From an uncultured delta proteobacterium (GTDB lineage Bacteria > Desulfobacterota > Binatia > HRBIN30 > BPIQ01), in NCBI GenBank assembly GCA_963761335.1, contig CAVXGR010000018.1, positions 928,001-992,000 on the forward strand: a stretch of DNA of 64,000 bases, written 5' to 3'. This document shows, piece after piece, positions 57,901-64,000 of this stretch. Under the pieces are notes generated by a model. It saw nothing but the letters and a program-made list of their open reading frames with translations. It searched no databases and was not told the DNA's origin. The translations under genes and the position numbers were made by a program. The number at the start of each line of letters is the position of its first letter. Within the stretch, counting starts at the first letter, position 1.

Positions 57901-59415
57901 CTGCAACCCGTCGAGCAGCCGGTTCGCGATCTTCTGGCGCGCTTCGCGCGCAGTCGCGGGCCGTTTACCGCCAGCGAGGTGGGCCTGCGTTTCGGCTTGG
58001 AGACCTCCGCCGTCGACGCGGCACTTCACACTCTCGAGGTCGAGGGCCGCGTGCTCGAGGGGGAGTTTCGTCCGCGGGGGCGGGGACGCGAATGGGTCGA
58101 CGCCGAGATTCTGCGCCGCCTGCGCCGCCGCTCGCTTGCGGCTCTGCGCCGCGAGATCGAGCCGGCGCCCGCCGAGGCCCTGGCGCGTTTTTCTCTTGCC
58201 TGGCACGGCGTCGGCGAGGCGCGCCGATGGGCCGGTGCGGATCGACTGCTGCGCGTGATCGAGCAGCTGCAGGGTGCGGCCATTCCCGCTTCGGCGCTGG
58301 AGACACAGGTGCTGCCCGCGCGTCTGCCCGACTACTCGCCGGCGCTTCTCGATCAGCTCGGCGCCTCGGGAGAGCTGGTGTGGTGCGGCGCCGGGGCTCT
58401 CGGCGCCAATGACGGCTGGCTGGTCGTGGCGCTCGCCGACAAGGCGTCTCTGCTTCTTCCCGAGCCGCTGGAGACCGAGCTGTCGCCTCTGTCGCAGCGG
58501 GTACTCGAGGCTCTCTCGCAGCGCGGCGCTGTCTTCTTCCGCCAGCTCGCCGACGGCGTCGATGCCGCGAGCGACGCCGAGCTGCTGCTGGCCCTCTGGG
58601 ATCTGGTGTGGGCGGGTCGGGTGACCAACGACACCATGGCGCCGCTGCGGGCCCTGCGCTCGAGAGGTCTGCCGCGACGTGCGAGCGCCGCGATGGCGCC
58701 GCGCCGGGATCTCCGCCGGCGCGCCCCGCGTCTGAGCCGCACCGGGCCCCCGGCCGCTGCCGGCCGCTGGAGCACCGTGTCGCAACGGCACGGCGAACCG
58801 ACACGCCGCTTGCACGCGGCGGCGGAGCAGCTTCTTCTGCGCCACGGTATCGTTACCCGCGGCGTCGTGCAGGCAGAGCGTACGCCGGGCGGCTTCGCCG
58901 GCGTGTATGCGCTTCTCAAGGCCTTCGAGGAGGCCGGCCGCTGCCGGCGCGGGTACTTCGTCGACGGCCTCGGGGGCGCGCAGTTCGCCCATCAGACGGC
59001 CGTCGACCGCATGCGCGCTTTCATCGAGCCCGGCAGCGGCGTGCCGGCAGTGTGCGTGCTCGCCGCCGCCGATCCGGGGAACCCCTACGGCGCAGCGCTC
59101 GCCTGGCCCGAGCGCGGCGCCCTGGACGCCGGGCATCGGCCGGGCCGCAAGGCCGGGGCCTTCGTCGTGCTCGTGGACGGGCGCCTGGTGCTCTACGTGG
59201 AGCGCGGCGGGCGCACGCTGCTGTCGTTCAGCGAAGAGATGGCCTCCGTCGAGAGCGCCGCCCGGGCGCTCGCCGAAGCGGCCCGGCACGGAATGCTGGG
59301 GCATCTTCAGGTGCGGCGCGCCGACGGTCTGGCGGTCGGCGACTCGTTGCTGGCGCGGGCCCTGGAGCAGGCCGGCTTCTTCGCGACACCCTGGGGCATG
59401 CGCGTGCGCGCCTGA
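54994..59415 (+). CDS. lhr: Lhr family ATP-dependent DNA helicase (long form)
   Basis: APTGSGKT, ISPLKALAVD, TTPES, DEVH, SAT, HHGS, SLELGID, QRVGRAGH, GTIPD, long C-terminal extension. Confidence 0.95.
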   Translation: MRREPESPLARFSAATRSWFESSFDVPTAAQTGAWAAIASGRSALVSAPTGSGKTLAAFLWALDRLATEPRREDGVRVLYISPLKALAVDIERNLRAPLAGIRAAAMQLGLPPPEISVALRTGDTPQQERRRFGRQPADILITTPESLFLLLTSAAREALRPVHTVIVDEVHAVADSKRGTHLALSLERLDCLLRVPAQRVGLSATVRPLEEVARFLGGAHPVEIVSAPGAKALDLSVVVPVEDLGALAQASAPGDSPERRHSIWPHVDERLLDLVRQHRSTIIFANSRRLAERLCTRLNDLAGEPVARAHHGSVSREQRAGIEDALRRGELRAVVATSSLELGIDMGAVDLVVQVETPDSVATGLQRVGRAGHQVGAVSRGVFFPKHRADLLESTVVVERMRAGAIEEIRFPRNPLDVLAQQIVAMVAMDEWVVDALEEVIRRAAPYAELPRAALEGVLDMLAGGYPADLIAALRPRLNWDRVTQRLTPRAGAQGLAVTSGGTIPDRGLYGVFLSGERSTRVGELDEEMVYESRVGEVFVLGSSSWRIEDITHDRVLVSPAPGQPGKMPFWHGDAPGRPLELGRALGAFVRELGERPPAAQIERLRSAGLDAAAAGNLVRYLAEQRQATGAVPDDETIVVERFRDAVGDWRVCVHSWFGARVHAPWARAIEARLRHRLGLAVQSMYTDDGIVLRIPEADDAPLAEAVVFDAEEIEDLVTAEMGDSSLFASRFRECAGRALLLPRRRPGARAPLWQQRQKSAMLLQVASRHPSFPIVLETYRECLRDVFDLPALKELLAAVRRGRVHMVQADTPLPSPFATSLQLSYVGSFMYEGDAPLAERRAQALSLDRSLLAELMGRAELRDLLDAKAVAEVEAQLQHLDPERRAGDADALHDLLRTVGDLSAAEVAARAGDAAATTAEWCEQLRRSHRALRLRIAGEERWIAIEDAARYRDAIGAVIPPGVPAAFLQPVEQPVRDLLARFARSRGPFTASEVGLRFGLETSAVDAALHTLEVEGRVLEGEFRPRGRGREWVDAEILRRLRRRSLAALRREIEPAPAEALARFSLAWHGVGEARRWAGADRLLRVIEQLQGAAIPASALETQVLPARLPDYSPALLDQLGASGELVWCGAGALGANDGWLVVALADKASLLLPEPLETELSPLSQRVLEALSQRGAVFFRQLADGVDAASDAELLLALWDLVWAGRVTNDTMAPLRALRSRGLPRRASAAMAPRRDLRRRAPRLSRTGPPAAAGRWSTVSQRHGEPTRRLHAAAEQLLLRHGIVTRGVVQAERTPGGFAGVYALLKAFEEAGRCRRGYFVDGLGGAQFAHQTAVDRMRAFIEPGSGVPAVCVLAAADPGNPYGAALAWPERGALDAGHRPGRKAGAFVVLVDGRLVLYVERGGRTLLSFSEEMASVESAARALAEAARHGMLGHLQVRRADGLAVGDSLLARALEQAGFFATPWGMRVRA

Positions 59416-59529
59416 AAAATCTAGACGGAGGGCTCGCTCTCCATTGCCACCCCGGACGACGGCCGCCCCGGGGCCTCCCCCCTCTTGCTTTCAGGAGGAC
59501 AGCCCGCGACAACTCTCTCCGGATCCACC

Positions 59530-60861
59530 ATGTCTCTGCCGCGGAGTCGCAAGCCATCAGCCAAGCCTTCGGCGCCACGGCGCTCTGCAGGCCGCGGTCG
59601 CCGTGCCCTGCCCACCATGCCGGCGCCACGTGCGAAGGCGGTCGCCGGCACCTTTGCGGAGATCGTGAAGACGCTCCTCGGGCCCGCGCCGGTTGGCCAC
59701 GTCGGCTTCGGTCATGCCCCTCTGGCTCACCGGGAATACGATGCCGAGCTCGCCGTCAAAGAGGAAGCGTTGGGGCGCTTTTGGAAGGAAAACGGGCTCG
59801 CTGGCGAGCCGGCTCCCCTGGTCGCTTCGCCGCGGCCACGCGGCTATCGAACCACGTCGAAGCGACGGGTAGGAATCCGCAACGGCAAGGTGTGTCTGTT
59901 CCTCGGTGATCAAGCCCCGGACCGCCGGTCGGTGGACTTTTTGGCCTCGCCCCTGGAGCCCCCCGAGCACGCGACCATCTACCGCGCCCTGACTCGAGTG
60001 CTGAACGAGTCGCCGTTTCGAAGACTCGCGACGCACCTCAATTTTGCCATCCTGCGGGGCAGCTACACCGAGCGGGCCCTGGTCCTCAGCGTCGACGCCC
60101 TGAGCCGCCCGATCGTTGTCGAGATCAAGGCGCTCGCCGAGAACCTCCGACAGCTGGCGCTCTCGGCGGTCTTTGTGTACCTGGATCCAACTCGATCCGA
60201 CTACCACTTCGAGGGTCGGCGACCCGACGCGCCCGTGACCTTCAAGCGCATCTACGGGCCCGACCATCTGACCGCCAGATTCTGCGGCCATCGGTACAGC
60301 TACCACCCGACGTCGTTCTGTCAGGTGAACGAGTCGATAGTCCCACTGCTGCTGGCACAGGCGCGCGACCTGCTCAGCCCGGATGGGAACGAGACCTTGC
60401 TGGACCTCTATTGCGGCTTCGGTCTGTTCACACACTACCTCGCCCCCTTCTACCGGTCCGCGCTCGGCGTTGATGCGGAGGGCGCCTCGATCCGCTGCGC
60501 GGTTGCCAACAGTCGACAGAATCCGGCTGCCGCCGGAAAAAAGTTCGTCGCTGCCCGCATCACCCCTGACTTCGTCAGCCGCTTGCTTCCGCGCCCGCGC
60601 GGGCGAGAGGTCGTGCTGCTCGATCCTCCTCGCAACGGGCCTCAACCCGGGGTCATCGCGGCGCTCGGTCGTCGCTCGCCGACCAAAGTCCTGCACGTGT
60701 TTTGTGACGTCGACCAGATTCCCATTGCGATGCGGCAGTGGCAGAAGGCCGGCTACGGCGTTCGCCGCGTCGTACCGCTCGACATGTTCCCCGGTTCGGC
60801 CAATCTGGAGGTTCTCGTCCTGCTCGCCGCATCGTTCGGCGGGGCCAACAGCCGAGGCTGA
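59530..60861 (+). CDS. RNA (uracil-5)-methyltransferase, RlmD/TrmA family
   Basis: SFCQVN, DLYCGFG, LDPPRNG, VFC, DMFP..NLE. Confidence 0.85.
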   Translation: MSLPRSRKPSAKPSAPRRSAGRGRRALPTMPAPRAKAVAGTFAEIVKTLLGPAPVGHVGFGHAPLAHREYDAELAVKEEALGRFWKENGLAGEPAPLVASPRPRGYRTTSKRRVGIRNGKVCLFLGDQAPDRRSVDFLASPLEPPEHATIYRALTRVLNESPFRRLATHLNFAILRGSYTERALVLSVDALSRPIVVEIKALAENLRQLALSAVFVYLDPTRSDYHFEGRRPDAPVTFKRIYGPDHLTARFCGHRYSYHPTSFCQVNESIVPLLLAQARDLLSPDGNETLLDLYCGFGLFTHYLAPFYRSALGVDAEGASIRCAVANSRQNPAAAGKKFVAARITPDFVSRLLPRPRGREVVLLDPPRNGPQPGVIAALGRRSPTKVLHVFCDVDQIPIAMRQWQKAGYGVRRVVPLDMFPGSANLEVLVLLAASFGGANSRG

Positions 60862-60884
60862 GCTTCGCCACCGTAAGCGTCCCC

Positions 60885-62186
60885 ATGGAAACATGTGACA
60901 TTGCGGTGATCGGCGGCGGGGCGGCGGGTCTGACCGCTGCCATCTTCGCAGCAGGTGGCGCCGATCGACGTCGGGCACGAGGAAAAGGGGGGATTCTCGT
61001 ACTCGACGGTGCCACTTCGATCGGCGCGAAGATTCTGGTTTCCGGCGGCGGTCGCTGCAACGTCACCCATCGCGAGGTGACTCCGCGCGATTTCAACGGA
61101 TCGCAAAGAGTCATCCGAAACGTCCTGGCGGCCTTCGACGTGAAGGCGACGCGCCTCTGGTTTGCTTCTCTCGGAGTGCGGCTGGAATGTGAGGCCGGCG
61201 GCAAGCTGTTCCCGGTCAGCCACAACGCACGCACCGTCGTCACGGCGTTGCTGCAACGCTGTCAGACAATGGGCGTCGAGGTACGGCCCGGGCACCGGAT
61301 CCGGGCCGTGCAGCATTCCCACGACGATGAGAGGCGCGCCCCTCGATTCCTGCTGAGGTATGATCGCGGCCAGATCGCCGCGGCGCGGCTGATCTTTGCG
61401 ACCGGGGGACGTTCGCTGCCGCGTACCGGCAGCGACGGCGGCGGCTGGGACATCCTGCGGGGGCTCGGGCACAGGGTTACCGCGACCCATCCCGCGCTGG
61501 TACCGCTGGTGTTGCGGCGCCCAATGTTTCACGCCGAGCTGTCGGGGCTGTCCGTGGAGGTCGAGCTCTCCGTCTTTGCCGACGGCAAGCGAATCGATCG
61601 ACGGCGCGGCAGCATGCTGTGGACGCACTTCGGTGTCAGCGGCCCCGTAGTCCTCGACGCCAGCCGTCACTGGGTCGCCGCCTGCAGCGACGGACACCGG
61701 GTGGAGCTGCGTTGCAATTTTCTGCTCGATCTCGACTTCGCGCGCACCGACGACTGGCTCGTGGACGCGGCTCATGCTCGACCGCGGCTCTCGGTCGGGC
61801 ACTGTCTGGCGACCCGGCTGCCGGAGCGTCTCGCGGCGTGCTTGGTTCGCGCTGCGTCGTGCGATCCCTCAACGCCCCTTGGCCAGATGACGCGACCGCA
61901 GCGACAGGCGATCGTGCACACGCTGACCGGCTTCCGTCTGCCTGTCGAGCGCGACCGGGGCTGGGATTTCGCCGAGGTCACTGCCGGTGGGGTGCCCTTG
62001 AGCGAAATCGACTATCGAACGATGGAATCACGACTCGTCCCCGGCTTGTACCTCGTCGGCGAGCTGCTCGACTGCGACGGGCGAATAGGAGGGTTCAACT
62101 TCCAGTGGGCGTGGTCGAGCGGCAAGGTGGCCGGTAGCGCTGCCGCGGCGGCGCTGTCGAGGACGTGCGCGAGCAGCCCGCCGTAG
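60885..62186 (+). CDS. NAD(P)/FAD-dependent oxidoreductase, HI0933 family
   Basis: IGGGAAG, KILVSGGGRCNVT, ATGG.S.P.TGSDG, THFGVSGP, VTAGGV, GGFNFQWAWSSG. Confidence 0.93.
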   Translation: METCDIAVIGGGAAGLTAAIFAAGGADRRRARGKGGILVLDGATSIGAKILVSGGGRCNVTHREVTPRDFNGSQRVIRNVLAAFDVKATRLWFASLGVRLECEAGGKLFPVSHNARTVVTALLQRCQTMGVEVRPGHRIRAVQHSHDDERRAPRFLLRYDRGQIAAARLIFATGGRSLPRTGSDGGGWDILRGLGHRVTATHPALVPLVLRRPMFHAELSGLSVEVELSVFADGKRIDRRRGSMLWTHFGVSGPVVLDASRHWVAACSDGHRVELRCNFLLDLDFARTDDWLVDAAHARPRLSVGHCLATRLPERLAACLVRAASCDPSTPLGQMTRPQRQAIVHTLTGFRLPVERDRGWDFAEVTAGGVPLSEIDYRTMESRLVPGLYLVGELLDCDGRIGGFNFQWAWSSGKVAGSAAAAALSRTCASSPP

Positions 62187-62214
62187 CGGTGTAACTCAAG
62201 CTACGGCAGGGTCA

Positions 62215-62378
62215 GCAGCCCGTTGAAAAAAGAAAGCGGCCACTGCGGGCGGGTCTTTTTCAGCAGCTCTTCGTTGCCGAATCCTCGAGAAAACCAGCCA
62301 GTGTGCCTCCGGTTTGGCGCCTCGATCTGGCGCAAAATCCCTCGCCCTCCCTACGCCGCCTGTTCTTCAACGGACTGC
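62215..62378. mobile_element. MITE-like element (164 bp)
   Basis: Terminal IRs GCAGCCCGTTGAAAAA / GCAGTCCGTTGAAGAA (14 of 16), no credible ORF. Confidence 0.6.
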
Positions 62379-62680
62379 CAGCCCGATATCTATCCGCGTA
62401 GAAGCACGTGCGTAGTAGTCCCAGCTTACGGCTCGTGCCGCGGCTTTGTATAAGCGCGCACAGCTATGGCAGCCCGCTGTATACGGTCCGCCGGAGGATT
62501 ATCGGGATGTGGCCATGGCGCCGGGAGGCGTCCGATATTGGGGCGTTTCGCCGAATCGGGCCTCATGCGGACTGATCCGCGGCCGTTTTGTTGCAAACTC
62601 GCGCGACTCGTTTGTGTTGTGAGACGACCTGTCGATCCGGGCACTGCGCTGTACGGACGGCATCCAAAGGGAGGGGATCC

Positions 62681-64000
62681 ATGAGAAACGTAGCGCGTTG
62701 GATGTCATTGGTAGTCTTCATGGAAGTGGTCATTGTTACAGGGTGCAATGAAGACTACGGGTCGACGCTTCCGCCCGTGGCGACGGCAACGGCGACGCCC
62801 GCGGTTGCGACCGCGGCGGCGCTTACGCCGACCTTGCCGGAGCCCCCGCCAGCGACGATGACCGAGCAGCCGGCGCGCACAACGACGCCAGTACCTCCCC
62901 TGCCGACGATGACCGAGCGTCCGGCGCGCACAGCGACGCCAGTATCTTCCCCGCCGACGGCTACCCCCGTTTGCTCAATCACGCCCGGAGCGCTGCCGTT
63001 TGAGCGCACGGAATGCCGCGCCACGTGTCAAAATTACGATCCACTCAAGCAACCGTTCTTCGGCGAGACGCACCTGCACACCGCGTACTCGTTCGATGCG
63101 TCCACCCTCGATACCCGCAACCTGCCACCGGACGCGTACCGGTACGCCAAGGGCGGTATGGTCGGCCTGCCGCCGTGGGCCGATACGCGCGGTGGCACGC
63201 CGACTCCGGGGTACATGGGTCCGACCGAGGTGACCGCGTTCCCCTACTGTCTCCCCGGCGAGGAGTGCCAGTACAGCGCGACGCGCAGCGCCCAGCTACC
63301 GCCGGGCCGGGCCCTCGACTTCGCCGCGGTCACCGACCACTCCGAGCAATTCGGTGAGAACAATATCTGCCTGTTCGAGGGCACCGAGCCCTGCACGTCC
63401 GATGGCGATTGCACGATGCCGGGCCAGGTGTGCAGCGCCCCCGACATCGGTCCCATCCAAGGCAGCGGTGTGTGTGTGCCGAACGGCTACAACGACCGGC
63501 TCTGCAAAGATGCGCGGCTCGGGTTGTCACGGCTGCGCAGCAGTCCGATTGCCGCCTACATCGCCGGCTTCGAGAACGTCAGCGAAAACCCCGCTCGGCC
63601 GCCTGAGCTCTGTGGGCCGGACGGCGAAGCATGCAGGTCGCAGGCGCGACTCGTCTGGCAGCAGATCATCAATGCGGCGCAGGCGGCCTACGATCACACC
63701 CCGGCGTGCACGTTCACATCGTTCATCGCATATGAGTACACCGCCATGGCCACCAACGGCCGCTGCAGCAGCGACCTGCTGCCGTGCTGGGAGGCGCAAG
63801 ACTGTAGCGGGCAGCAGACCTGCGATACCGACTTCCTCGGCAGCACGGGGGGGACAACCTGCATCGCAACATCATCTTCCGCAACGATGACGTCATCGAG
63901 CTGCCGCTCAGCAACCTCGAGGAGCCTCTCGCTTGCGGCGGCGACCCGTCCACGTGCAACACCTTGGGCCAGGTGGCGTCGCCGGCGCACATGCTCAGCA
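62681..64000 (+). CDS. DUF3604 (PHP-like) lipoprotein with Pro/Thr linker; 3' partial, frameshift at 63847-63853
   Basis: Not in the ORF track; RBS GGAGG, lipobox VTGC, FGETHLHTAYSFDA, FAAVTDHSE, AYEYT; NLHRNIIFR resumes in a shifted frame after a G7 run. Confidence 0.85.
   Translation, partial: MRNVARWMSLVVFMEVVIVTGCNEDYGSTLPPVATATATPAVATAAALTPTLPEPPPATMTEQPARTTTPVPPLPTMTERPARTATPVSSPPTATPVCSITPGALPFERTECRATCQNYDPLKQPFFGETHLHTAYSFDASTLDTRNLPPDAYRYAKGGMVGLPPWADTRGGTPTPGYMGPTEVTAFPYCLPGEECQYSATRSAQLPPGRALDFAAVTDHSEQFGENNICLFEGTEPCTSDGDCTMPGQVCSAPDIGPIQGSGVCVPNGYNDRLCKDARLGLSRLRSSPIAAYIAGFENVSENPARPPELCGPDGEACRSQARLVWQQIINAAQAAYDHTPACTFTSFIAYEYTAMATNGRCSSDLLPCWEAQDCSGQQTCDTDFLGSTGGTTCIATSSSATMTSSSCRSATSRSLSLAAATRPRATPWARWRRRRTCSA

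Overview
GC-rich bacterial DNA; the gene content (MYXO-CTERM-like protein, DUF3604 lipoprotein, HxsC/HxsD-like radical SAMs) suggests a myxobacterial or Binatia-like lineage, which is inference only. (1) 1-7.4 kb: glycan operon with a GH2/GT2 fusion, ABC exporter, two paralogous glycosyltransferase-like genes and a CoA-transferase. (2) 7.7-8.7 kb: about 15 tandem copies of a 66-bp GTAG-type REP-like palindromic unit, not CRISPR. (3) 8.8-22.2 kb: a cluster with five radical SAM domains in four genes (four carry an HxsC-type C-terminal Cys motif; one is fused to two HxsD-like domains and a 2Fe-2S ferredoxin), a TPR protein and two GT-C-like membrane proteins, with no HxsA-type precursor visible. 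(4) 22-39 kb: oxidoreductase, lipid and Fe-S genes. (5) 39.2-48.3 kb: a decaying integron with the cassettes downstream of a truncated intI, seven attC-like sites, several toxin-antitoxin modules, an IS1182 inserted exactly at an attC GTT core, an exact 308-bp duplicate of part of an upstream SDR gene, and an IS1202-like end. (6) 48-64 kb: serine hydrolase, KirBac channel with adenylate cyclase, creatininase-family gene, GluR0-like channel, Lhr helicase, RNA methyltransferase, HI0933 flavoprotein, a MITE and a frameshifted DUF3604 lipoprotein. The strongest candidates for novelty are the precursor-less radical SAM/GT-C cluster and the attC-inserted IS1182. All calls are by eye; no searches were run.
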